DNA from: Lachnospiraceae bacterium
GTDB lineage: Bacteria; Bacillota; Clostridia; Lachnospirales; Lachnospiraceae
DNA: 64,000 bases
Direction of reading: 5' to 3'
Assembly (NCBI GenBank): GCA_021199475.1
Contig: JAJQHZ010000085.1
Location: 34,089 to 98,088 of the forward strand
Under the pieces are notes generated by a model. That model was not told where the DNA came from. It ran no database searches and saw only the letters and a program-made list of their open reading frames with translations. Positions 27,490 through 36,763 of the stretch are shown piece by piece (positions within the stretch are counted from its first letter, which is position 1; every line of letters begins with the position of its first letter). Made by a program: the position numbers and the translations under genes.

Positions 27490-28893
27490 ATGAGTGAGAA
27501 AAAAGGGCTTTCTTCCGGCGTCAGCCGTTTTTTTGCGCAGCTGGGCAGGAATATCGCGGAAATAGGTACGACCTTCAAGGAAGGTGACTGGACCGCAAAG
27601 CTGTCCTTTGTAATCATGGGATTTGGACAGCTGGTGCACCGGCAGTTTCTGCGCGGTGTGCTGTTTCTGGCGCTGGAGATTTTATTTATTTATTATATGG
27701 TGACATTCGGCGCCGGCTATCTGGCAAAGCTTCCGACACTGGGCACCGTGGAATCCTACATTGACAAAAGCGGCATTGTGCCGATCACCGTATACGGGGA
27801 CAACAGTTTTCTGATCCTGCTGTATGGTATTCTGAGCATATTTGTCGTGATTGCGTTTGTTTACATCTGGAGAATGAATGTCGGGCAGCAGAGACGGATT
27901 CAGAAGGCGCTCGAGGCCGGGAAGGAACTGCCGACCGGTCGGCAGGATCTGAAGTCTCTTCTGAATGAGCGTTTCCACATTACGCTGCTGGCAATTCCGA
28001 ATCTGGGCGTGTTTGTGTTTGTGATCCTGCCGATTATCTTCATGATCTGTGTTGCGTTTACGAATTATGACGCGGATCATCAGTCGCCGACGAACCTGTT
28101 CTGGTGGGTCGGACTGGAGAACTTTAAGAATCTGTTCTCCGTGGGGACATCCGGGTTTGGCTCTACCTTTGTCACGGTATTGGGATGGACCCTGGTCTGG
28201 GCGTTCTTTGCGACCTTCCTGAACTTTTTCCTTGGCCTTGGCGTGGCAATCATGATTAACAAAAAGGGGATTAAATTTAAGAAGCTGTGGAGAACAATTC
28301 TGGTCGTGACCATCGCAGTTCCGCAGTTTGTATCCCTGCTGTATATGTACAAGATGTTCGCGAATGACGGACTGGTGAACACGTATCTGATAAAATGGGG
28401 GATTATACAGAATTACATACCATTCTGGTCGAATGCGATGTACTCGCGGGTGCTGATCATTCTGATCAATGTGTGGATCGGTATTCCTTACATGATGCTG
28501 ATGACGACCGGTATTTTGATGAACATCCCCGAGGATCTCTATGAGAGTGCCAGGATTGACGGGGCGAATGCATGGCAGATGTTCCGGAAGATCACGCTTC
28601 CGTATATGCTTTTCGTGCTCGGACCGTATCTGCTGACATCCTTTACCGGCAACCTGAACAACTTCAATGTCATTTACCTGCTGACGCAGGGCAATCCGAC
28701 TTCGATGAATCTGTCAGGCGGCGCGGGCTACACGGATCTGCTGATCACCTGGCTGTACAAGCTGACTGTGAACGATACAAACTACCGTATGGCGGCTGTC
28801 ATCGGTATTATGGTATTTGTGGTAACGGCTGTGATTTCTCTGGTTGTATACCGGATCCTGCCGTCTGTAAGAGATGAGGAGGGATTCCAATAA
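27490..28893 (+). CDS. sugar ABC transporter permease (MalF-like)
   Basis: ORF 27478-28893, polytopic, EAA-type loop (ESARIDGANAWQMFRKITLP). Confidence 0.88.
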   Translation: MSEKKGLSSGVSRFFAQLGRNIAEIGTTFKEGDWTAKLSFVIMGFGQLVHRQFLRGVLFLALEILFIYYMVTFGAGYLAKLPTLGTVESYIDKSGIVPITVYGDNSFLILLYGILSIFVVIAFVYIWRMNVGQQRRIQKALEAGKELPTGRQDLKSLLNERFHITLLAIPNLGVFVFVILPIIFMICVAFTNYDADHQSPTNLFWWVGLENFKNLFSVGTSGFGSTFVTVLGWTLVWAFFATFLNFFLGLGVAIMINKKGIKFKKLWRTILVVTIAVPQFVSLLYMYKMFANDGLVNTYLIKWGIIQNYIPFWSNAMYSRVLIILINVWIGIPYMMLMTTGILMNIPEDLYESARIDGANAWQMFRKITLPYMLFVLGPYLLTSFTGNLNNFNVIYLLTQGNPTSMNLSGGAGYTDLLITWLYKLTVNDTNYRMAAVIGIMVFVVTAVISLVVYRILPSVRDEEGFQ

Positions 28894-29768
28894 TGAATGA
28901 GAAGAAATTGAGATCTCAAAGCGGACATAACCGGATGATCAATACGATTATTTACATCGCGCTTATTCTCATCAGCATTGTCTGGCTGTTCCCCTTTGTA
29001 GGGCTGGTGCTGCAGAGCTTCCGTTCCTACGCGACAGAATATGGCGGGATGGTGGCATATTTTGTGCCGAAGGAGTTCTCCCTTGATAATTATACCTGGC
29101 TGTTCGGTTCGGAGAGTTCGTTCCCGAAATGGTATCTGAACACGTTGGTGATCGCGATTTTCGTGGCGATTCTGAATACAATTATGATTGTGGGTGTGGC
29201 TTATGCGCTGTCCAGATCCCGCTTTGCGGGAAGACAGGCCATGATGCAGCTCTGGCTGATCCTGGGCATGTTCCCCGGATTCCTGACCATGATCTGCCTG
29301 TATTTCCTGTTAAAGCAGTTCGGGCTGACGCAGGCGGGTGCGATCCCGGGCTTGATCCTGGTGACGTGCGCAAGCTCCGGCATGGGCTATTATGTGTGCA
29401 AGGGCTATTTTGATACGATCCCGAAAGCGCTGGACGAGGCAGCCCGTATTGACGGCGCTTCCAACGCGCGGATTATGATGACGATCATCATGCCGCTGAC
29501 CAAGCCGATCATCATCTATACGGCTTTGACTGCGTTCATGGCGCCATGGTGTGATTATGTGATGGCTTCCTACGTGGCGTTCGGCTACAGCGACAGCTAC
29601 AACGTGGCGGTTGCGCTGACGCGCTGGGTATGGACGAACGATTATCAGGGCTACTACACAAGGTTCTGCGCGGGCGGTGTGCTCGTCGCTATCCCGGTGA
29701 CGATCCTGTTCATGTGCCTGCAGAAGTACTATGTAGAGGGCGTGACCGGCGGCGCAGTGAAGGGCTGA
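28893..29768 (+). CDS. sugar ABC transporter permease (MalG-like)
   Basis: 291-aa polytopic ORF, EAARIDGASNARIMMTIIMP loop, start overlaps the previous stop. Confidence 0.88.
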   Translation: MNEKKLRSQSGHNRMINTIIYIALILISIVWLFPFVGLVLQSFRSYATEYGGMVAYFVPKEFSLDNYTWLFGSESSFPKWYLNTLVIAIFVAILNTIMIVGVAYALSRSRFAGRQAMMQLWLILGMFPGFLTMICLYFLLKQFGLTQAGAIPGLILVTCASSGMGYYVCKGYFDTIPKALDEAARIDGASNARIMMTIIMPLTKPIIIYTALTAFMAPWCDYVMASYVAFGYSDSYNVAVALTRWVWTNDYQGYYTRFCAGGVLVAIPVTILFMCLQKYYVEGVTGGAVKG

Positions 29769-29870
29769 CATTTGGCAGTGGCTGTGCGAAGGGGTTACTG
29801 TTATGAAGATTCCCTGCTTCAAATGGAAGGAAGGGAGCCAATTAAGAAAGGCAGAGGCCTGGGGAACAGA

Positions 29871-31847
29871 ATGAGAAATCACGCATATGAGATGGCGTCT
29901 TCTGCTCTGTCTGCTGCTTTCTGGCGAAAACGGAAAGTGACCGGCAGAGGGTTCAATCACCTGTTGCCGGTTCTGTTTTTGGCAGTCGCTTTGTGCTTCG
30001 GGCAGGCGGCTCCGGTCCTGGCAGAGGCGGGGACGGGAACGGCTGCCAGTGAGGACACGGAATTACCGGAGACGGAAATATCTGACGCTGGTATGGCTGA
30101 TTTGCCGGAGATGAAGCAGGAAGATGCCGAATTATCGGCGGTGGAAACGACAGCTGATAATTACCGCAATTATTACGAGATTTTTGTCTACTCGTTTTAT
30201 GATTCGGACGGCGATGGCATCGGCGATCTGAATGGCGTGCGGGAAAAGCTTGATTATATCGAAGAGATGGGCTTTGACGGAATCTGGCTGATGCCGGTGA
30301 TGCCGTCGACGACGTACCATAAATACGATGTGACAGATTATTACGGCATCGATGAAGAGTATGGCACGCTGGAGGAATTTCAGGCTCTGGTGGAGGAATG
30401 CCATGAGCGCGGGATAAAGGTTGTGATTGATTTTGTGATTAATCATACCTCCTCGCAGCATGAGTGGTTCCAGGAGGCCTGTGCGTATCTTGCTGCGCTG
30501 GAGGACGGGGAAGAGCCGGATGAGAATGAATGTCCTTATGTGGGATATTATCATTTTTCAAGGGAACAGCAGAGCAGCAGCTATTATGAAATTCCTACTG
30601 CGAGCGGAGACGCTGCATCGACGGCCGATGCGGAAACAGATCAGGAAGCAGCGGCTGATGAAGAAGCAGCAAAGGAGTCGGCGGCAGAGCTGGAGGACAA
30701 TGTCTCCGGGACGGAATTCGCCGGGAGTACCTGGTACTATGAGGGCGTATTCTGGTCGGAGATGCCGGATCTCGATCTTTCCAATGAGGCATTGCGCGCG
30801 GAGCTGGAAGAGATTGCCGCTTACTGGATCAACATGGGTGTGGACGGCTTCCGCATGGACGCAGCACTGCATTTTGAGGAGAGCGACACGGCGTTTAATA
30901 CGGAAGTTCTGAACTGGCTGTATTCGTACTGCCTGAGCCTGGATCCGGATTTTTATATGGTGTCTGAGGTCTGGGCCAATGAGGCGACCATCACGGATTA
31001 CTACGCGAGCGGGACGCCGAGTATGTTTAATTTCGACATGGCGGAAGCGGAAGGAAAGCTGATTAAGGCGGCGCGGGGAACGCTTAAGATCTCCAGCCTG
31101 ATGGATTCCATGCTCCAGTGGCAGGAGGATTTTTCCGCGGAAAACGCTGATTATATCGATGCCGCTTTTATATCCAACCATGATACCGGACGTATTTCCA
31201 ACGCGCTGGTCTCGGATGAGAACGATATGAAAATGGCGGCGGGTCTGCTGATGACCATGAGCGGGAACACCTTTGTCTATTATGGCGAAGAGATCGGCAT
31301 GAAGAGCAAGGGAAGCGCGGATGAGAACAAGCGTCTCCCGATGTACTGGTCGGATGTGGACACCGAAGGGATGACGAATGGCCCGGAGGATGCTGAGGAA
31401 GGAATCACCTCGTCCTTTGCGGCTGCGGATGAGCAGCTTGTAGATGAGACATCGATCCTGAATTATTATAAGCGTGCGATTGCGCTTCGGAACGAGAATC
31501 CGGAAATCACGCGGGGCACGGTTGAGAAGGTCGAGGAGCTTTGTGACGGGAATGCAAAGGTATCTGTTTCTGCTGATTTAGCAGCAGACGGCGGCGGCTC
31601 TGATGAGAGCGCTTCGGAATCTGCTTCAGAACATGCGGATTCGATCGCGGCGATTTTAAAAACCTGGAATGACAGTACGATTGCGATTCTGTATAACACA
31701 TCGGATGATGTGGTGGATGTCGACCTGACAGGAACTTCGCTCGCCGGAATGGAAATCAGCGGGTATCTGACGCTGAATGGGGAAGAGATCACATTCTCGG
31801 AGGATACGGTCCGGATGCCGGCGCAGTCGATTCTGGTGCTGAGGTGA
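29871..31847 (+). CDS. secreted GH13 alpha-amylase family glycoside hydrolase
   Basis: ORF 29772-31847. GH13 motifs DGDGIGDLNGV, GFDGIWLMPV, VIDFVINHTS, GVDGFRMDAA, FISNHD. Hydrophobic signal region; start approximate. Confidence 0.85.
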   Translation: MRNHAYEMASSALSAAFWRKRKVTGRGFNHLLPVLFLAVALCFGQAAPVLAEAGTGTAASEDTELPETEISDAGMADLPEMKQEDAELSAVETTADNYRNYYEIFVYSFYDSDGDGIGDLNGVREKLDYIEEMGFDGIWLMPVMPSTTYHKYDVTDYYGIDEEYGTLEEFQALVEECHERGIKVVIDFVINHTSSQHEWFQEACAYLAALEDGEEPDENECPYVGYYHFSREQQSSSYYEIPTASGDAASTADAETDQEAAADEEAAKESAAELEDNVSGTEFAGSTWYYEGVFWSEMPDLDLSNEALRAELEEIAAYWINMGVDGFRMDAALHFEESDTAFNTEVLNWLYSYCLSLDPDFYMVSEVWANEATITDYYASGTPSMFNFDMAEAEGKLIKAARGTLKISSLMDSMLQWQEDFSAENADYIDAAFISNHDTGRISNALVSDENDMKMAAGLLMTMSGNTFVYYGEEIGMKSKGSADENKRLPMYWSDVDTEGMTNGPEDAEEGITSSFAAADEQLVDETSILNYYKRAIALRNENPEITRGTVEKVEELCDGNAKVSVSADLAADGGGSDESASESASEHADSIAAILKTWNDSTIAILYNTSDDVVDVDLTGTSLAGMEISGYLTLNGEEITFSEDTVRMPAQSILVLR

Positions 31848-31994
31848 GGAGCTGCGGCAGACACAGGATGGAGCCGCACGGATGATATTTGCACCGCTCG
31901 ATCTGAAAAAAGGTTAGAAGGAGATACATGAAACGGCAATGTGCTGCCTGAAGAGAAGGTAACAATGAAGAGCATGACAGGATAGGAGAAAATT

Positions 31995-33944
31995 ATGGAC
32001 AAATTTGTTGTAAACATTATCCACCGCCCGGAGATGGTGCCAGAGTACGCCGAGAAGGTGACCGGCCACGGGAAAGCGGAGGATATCGGGAGCAGGGAGC
32101 TGCTGACGGAGAATCTTGATATTTTTAAGACGCAGCAGGAATGTGCGCACAAGAATGGCTTAAAGACGACGATTGAGATGACCTACGCCAGCCTGTTTAA
32201 TGAAGAGGCGATTGCGCTGGCGAAGGAGCATCATGAAAAATACGGCGACGAGATTGCGCTGACGCTGCTCGGCCTGCCGTGTGAGGAGTTTCGCGAAAAA
32301 TATAAGACAAAGGATTTTTGCATCTGGATGTTTTCGATGGAGGACAAAAAGGCGATTGTGCAGGATGTGTTCGAAAAATTCCACGACTGCTTCGGCTTTT
32401 ATCCGGAATCGACCGGCTCGTATTATATGGATGCAGAGCTGACAAACTACATCAAAGAAAAATATCCGTCGGTTAAATGTGCGGTGGCGACCTGCTGGGA
32501 GGAAGGCCCGAAGGCCTACCATACCTGCAACAACAGCTGGTATACGTTTATGGACGGCGGTCCCTGGGCGCCGTGGATTCCGTCGAAGCAGAATACGCAT
32601 GCACCGGCGGCGAATGAGGCGGAGGATTCCGGCATTGTGGCCATCCCGCATTTAAGCCGCGACCTGATCGCGTGTTACGACGGCAACGGCTCGAATTTCG
32701 GCACACATCCGCAGAACGTGCTGCGCGGCATGATTTACGATACGGAGACCTGGGAATATCCGTACCTTTACAATCTGGTTGACCAGTACCGCTATCAGGC
32801 AAAGTTTAACGATGGCTATTCCTACAATATGATGTTTGTGGGACCGGGCTGGATGAATAAGATGGGGCGCTGGGAGGCCCCGTACGAGCTGCTGCTCAAG
32901 TCCTACGAGGACGGCTGCGCGTACTATGGCAAGCTGAAAAAAGAAGGCAAGCTGATCGATATGACGATGAGCGAGTTTGCGGATTATTATCGTCAGAAAA
33001 AGTCCTACACGGAGCCGGAGTGCGCGCTCTGGAGAGATATTCTGTACGGCAGCAAAAAGCAGGTGTTCTGGTACTGTGATCCGTATATGCGCGCAGGCGT
33101 GAATATGGATCAGGGCGGCGCAATCGTTGACCTGCGCCCGTATGTGGCAAAGCTGAACTGGCCGGTTGGCATCGGCACGCCGCACATTCAGGACGCGAGC
33201 TATCCGTTCCTGATTCAGGAAAAATACCGCGCGGGTTACTTCACTCATTATGCGGGTGAGGGTACCGTCCGCAGCGCGAAAATCTGCCACAACGGCGAGG
33301 AGGTGGATCTCTGCCTCTGCCGCACGAAGGCACATTTTTCGGAGGAAGTAATCGCTGATGATGGCGCAGCAGCTGCAGGATTGGTTTCCGATGCGGGCTG
33401 CGGCGCGGCGAAGAAGGCGGCGAAGAACCGCATTCTGACGCTGGATCCGGTGGACATCGAGTTCTCCGACCTGACCGTGAAGCTTCAGACGGTGATGACG
33501 TTTATCGAAGGAACGGGCCGCATCCGCATCGACCGGAAGGTGCTGTCCATCACACCGGCTGACGGGGCAAATGCAGGCGACCAGGATATGGATGGAGCGG
33601 TGGCAGACATTACTATCAATGAGTATATGGTGGGCTGCTACGGCACGACCGAGTACACGGAGGATATGTCCAGCCTGACGCTGAGCCTGACAAAGGGCGA
33701 TGAGAAGACGGAGATTCCCTATGAATATAAATGCCGTGAGGCATCTTTGGCGGGAGCGGATCAGGCGACCTGTGTTGTACCGCCGATTGAGACGGTAGTT
33801 TCCATGACCTGCGAAGGCCGGGACAAAGCGGGATATATCAAAGAGGGCTATGCGTTCAGCCCGATGTTCACGATCGGTTACACCGGAAAATTATGTGAGA
33901 AGGAGGTCTTCACGACATGGCTCAATCTGGAAAAGGCAAATTAA
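31995..33944 (+). CDS. hypothetical cytoplasmic protein, 649 aa, family not recognised (possible carbohydrate-active enzyme by context)
   Basis: Long ORF with RBS GGAGAA, no signal peptide, last large gene of the sugar operon. Confidence 0.7.
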   Translation: MDKFVVNIIHRPEMVPEYAEKVTGHGKAEDIGSRELLTENLDIFKTQQECAHKNGLKTTIEMTYASLFNEEAIALAKEHHEKYGDEIALTLLGLPCEEFREKYKTKDFCIWMFSMEDKKAIVQDVFEKFHDCFGFYPESTGSYYMDAELTNYIKEKYPSVKCAVATCWEEGPKAYHTCNNSWYTFMDGGPWAPWIPSKQNTHAPAANEAEDSGIVAIPHLSRDLIACYDGNGSNFGTHPQNVLRGMIYDTETWEYPYLYNLVDQYRYQAKFNDGYSYNMMFVGPGWMNKMGRWEAPYELLLKSYEDGCAYYGKLKKEGKLIDMTMSEFADYYRQKKSYTEPECALWRDILYGSKKQVFWYCDPYMRAGVNMDQGGAIVDLRPYVAKLNWPVGIGTPHIQDASYPFLIQEKYRAGYFTHYAGEGTVRSAKICHNGEEVDLCLCRTKAHFSEEVIADDGAAAAGLVSDAGCGAAKKAAKNRILTLDPVDIEFSDLTVKLQTVMTFIEGTGRIRIDRKVLSITPADGANAGDQDMDGAVADITINEYMVGCYGTTEYTEDMSSLTLSLTKGDEKTEIPYEYKCREASLAGADQATCVVPPIETVVSMTCEGRDKAGYIKEGYAFSPMFTIGYTGKLCEKEVFTTWLNLEKAN

Positions 33945-34150
33945 ATTATCGCTGTCCGTCCTGCTTTATGCGAGACCTGGATCTGGATATGTTTTACGAT
34001 AAGGAAAAGAAGGAATATTACTGCATCCGCTGTCAGTACCGCGGCAGTGAGGAAGACGTGCTGGAGAAAAACCAGATGGCACGGTTCCGCTACGGTGCGA
34101 TGATGAGGCGCTTTGAGGAGAAGGATTTTGAAGACTTCTCGGAGGGCTGA
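33917..34150 (+). CDS. small zinc-ribbon protein (CxxC ... CxxC), 77 aa
   Basis: YRCPSCF ... YCIRCQY; overlaps the upstream gene by 28 nt; followed by a strong terminator. Confidence 0.6.
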   Translation: MAQSGKGKLNYRCPSCFMRDLDLDMFYDKEKKEYYCIRCQYRGSEEDVLEKNQMARFRYGAMMRRFEEKDFEDFSEG

Positions 34151-34170
34151 GGATATGTAATTCTATATAA

Positions 34171-34202
34171 AGACCGGGGCGTTTCATGCCCCGGTCTTTT
34201 GT
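34171..34202 (+). terminator. rho-independent terminator of sugar operon
   Basis: AGACCGGGGC / GCCCCGGTCT 10-bp stem followed by TTTT. Confidence 0.9.
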
Positions 34203-34240
34203 ATATAACTCACAAATCTCAAAAATATTTACATATCATA

Positions 34241-34268
34241 TTTACAAAATAAAATTCTGTGATATAAT
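34241..34268 (+). promoter_or_regulatory. candidate promoter of Tad locus (extended -10)
   Basis: TTTACA - 16 nt - TGaTATAAT in an AT-rich region. Confidence 0.6.
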
Positions 34269-34524
34269 CGTTTCTACAACACATCAAAACATCATATAAT
34301 GCATCTTTTTAATATATCAGATTTGTTCTTAATCGAATCGGTGCACATACCAAAGATAATGAGACGGCGAGAGCCGACAAGGAAAAAACGGAAAAATAGA
34401 GAGAGAAGGAACGGAAAGCGATAATGGCAAGCGGAAACAGAAAACAATAACGATAAGCGGAAAAGGCGGGGAGAACAGCATTAAAAACAGGAGTCTGGTT
34501 GTAAGACAGAGAAGGGAGACGGAA

Positions 34525-35541
34525 ATGAAAAAAAGCATTTTTGCGGTTTGTGATCTGGATGCTTCGTATGCGTGTAATCTTACGGAATATCTGAATGAGC
34601 GAAAAACGACGCCGTTTGAGGTGCAGGCCTTTACGAATGTAGAGAGTCTGGAGAAGTTTGCGAAGGAAAATGAGATTGAGATTCTGCTGATTTCCACGCG
34701 GGCGATGTGCAATGAGATTCGGGAGCTGCCGATCAGCCGCACGATTATTCTATCGGAGGGCGAACCGATTTCGGATCTGGGATATCCGCTTGTTTACAAG
34801 TATCAGTCTTCGGACGATATTCTTTCGGAGGTAATGGAATATTATGTGCAGGATCACCCGCAGCCGCATATTCTGTCGCTGAATAAGAAGAAGACGAAGC
34901 TTTACGGGGTTTATTCGCCGATAGGAAGAACACGGAAGACCTCGTTTGCAATTGCATTGGGAGAGATTCTGGCAGAGACAAAGAAGGTACTGTATCTGAA
35001 TTTTGAAGAGTATTCGGGATTTGAGGAACTGTTTCAGGTTCAGTACCGGATGGATATTTCAGATCTGATTTACTTTTCCAGACAGAAGGAGAGCGGCCTG
35101 ATTTACAAAATGAATTCCGTGATTCAGACGTTCTATGAGCTGGAATATGTTCCGCCGGCCATTTCGCCTGCGGATGTAAGGGATGTGACAGGCGAGGAAT
35201 GGCTGGCTTTTCTGCAGCAGATCATGTCGTTTCGGGAGTATGATGTGATGATTCTGGATCTGAGCGAGCAGGTAGATGATCTGTTTCGGCTTCTGAAGGA
35301 GTGCGACCGCATTTATATGCCCGTCCAGGACGATATGATTTCTCAGGCCAAGCTGAAGCAGTATGATCACCTGGTTCATATGCTCGATATGGAAGCAATT
35401 CAGGAGCGAACATTCCGGATTCATCCGCCGGTACAGCCGCTGGTGCGGGATGGCGGCGACCTGACACAGCAGCTGGTGTGGGGCGAGATGGGAAGCTTTG
35501 TCCGCAAGCTGCTCTGGGAGGAGGACGGGCAAAATGGATGA
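34525..35541 (+). CDS. TadZ/CpaE-like pilus assembly protein (receiver-like N-domain + degenerate ParA/MinD ATPase fold)
   Basis: 338-aa ORF. Position before cpaF; P-loop-like GVYSPIGRTRKTSFAIALGE lacks the canonical GxxGxGKT/S. Confidence 0.65.
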   Translation: MKKSIFAVCDLDASYACNLTEYLNERKTTPFEVQAFTNVESLEKFAKENEIEILLISTRAMCNEIRELPISRTIILSEGEPISDLGYPLVYKYQSSDDILSEVMEYYVQDHPQPHILSLNKKKTKLYGVYSPIGRTRKTSFAIALGEILAETKKVLYLNFEEYSGFEELFQVQYRMDISDLIYFSRQKESGLIYKMNSVIQTFYELEYVPPAISPADVRDVTGEEWLAFLQQIMSFREYDVMILDLSEQVDDLFRLLKECDRIYMPVQDDMISQAKLKQYDHLVHMLDMEAIQERTFRIHPPVQPLVRDGGDLTQQLVWGEMGSFVRKLLWEEDGQNG

Positions 35542-36763
35542 ACGAAGATTTACGGCGATGCGCAGAAGGCTTCTGGAGAGCCTGGAGGGCTGCCGTGAGC
35601 TTCAGGATTCCGATATTTATCAGCGCATTGACGAGTTGATTCTCGAAACCGGGGCGGAGCACTATATCCCGCTTTCGGAAAAAGTCAGTCTGCGCCAGGA
35701 GCTTTTTAACTCCCTCCGCAGGCTGGACATTCTGCAGGAGCTGATTGACGATGATTCCGTCACAGAGATTATGGTGAACGGCACAGATGGCATTTACATT
35801 GAGCGTGGCGGAAGGCTGAGCCTCTGGAGCAAGTGTTTTCACACAAAGGAACGGCTGGAGGATATCGCGCAGCAGATTGTTGGCCGGTGCAACCGTATTG
35901 TGAACGAGTCGGTGCCGATTGTAGACGCGAGGCTGGAGAATGGAGCCAGAGTAAATATTGTCATGCCGCCGGTGGCGCTGAACGGGCCGATCATCACGAT
36001 CCGCCGCTTTCCGGATCATCCGATACTGATGGAGCAGCTGATCCGGTGGGGAACGATTACACAGGAGGCGGCGGAATTTCTGGAGCTGCTTGTGCGCGCG
36101 GGCTACAACACGTTTATTTCAGGTGGAACGGGAAGCGGAAAGACCACGTTTATGAATGCGCTTTCCAACTACATTCCAAAGGATGAGCGGATTATCACCA
36201 TTGAGGATAATGCGGAGCTGCAGCTGCAGGGCGTTTCGAACCTGGTGCGTATGGAGGCGCGGAATGCAAATGCGGAGGGCGAAAAGGAAATCAGCATCCG
36301 GGATCTGATCCGCTCAAGCCTGCGGATGCGGCCGGACCGGATCCTTGTCGGCGAGGTGCGCGGAAGTGAGGCGATTGATCTGCTGCAGGCGCTGAATACC
36401 GGGCATGACGGCTCCATCAGCACCGGTCACGCGAACAGCCCGCGGGATATGCTTTCGAGACTGGAAACGATGGTGCTGATGGGGATGGAGATTCCGCTGC
36501 AGGCCGTGCGGCGGCAGATTGCATCGGGGATTGATGTGATCGTACATGTTGGAAGGATGCGGGATAAGACACGAAAGGTGCTGCAGATTCTGGAACTGAC
36601 CGGGTATGACAGAGCCAGCGGGGAGATTCAGACGCAGACTTTGTATGAATTTGAGGAAGAGGGGGAAGACGGATGCCAAAGAGTGACTGGAACATTGCGG
36701 AGAATCAACCCGCTGCGAAACAGACAGAAGCTCGAACGGGCGGGTATTTCACTGGAGGATTGA
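35534..36763 (+). CDS. cpaF: CpaF/TadA family type IV pilus secretion ATPase
   Basis: ORF 35498-36763, ATG at 35534; Walker [15 protein letters not shown], Asp box, His box [13 protein letters not shown]. Confidence 0.92.
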   Translation: MDERRFTAMRRRLLESLEGCRELQDSDIYQRIDELILETGAEHYIPLSEKVSLRQELFNSLRRLDILQELIDDDSVTEIMVNGTDGIYIERGGRLSLWSKCFHTKERLEDIAQQIVGRCNRIVNESVPIVDARLENGARVNIVMPPVALNGPIITIRRFPDHPILMEQLIRWGTITQEAAEFLELLVRAGYNTFISGGTGSGKTTFMNALSNYIPKDERIITIEDNAELQLQGVSNLVRMEARNANAEGEKEISIRDLIRSSLRMRPDRILVGEVRGSEAIDLLQALNTGHDGSISTGHANSPRDMLSRLETMVLMGMEIPLQAVRRQIASGIDVIVHVGRMRDKTRKVLQILELTGYDRASGEIQTQTLYEFEEEGEDGCQRVTGTLRRINPLRNRQKLERAGISLED

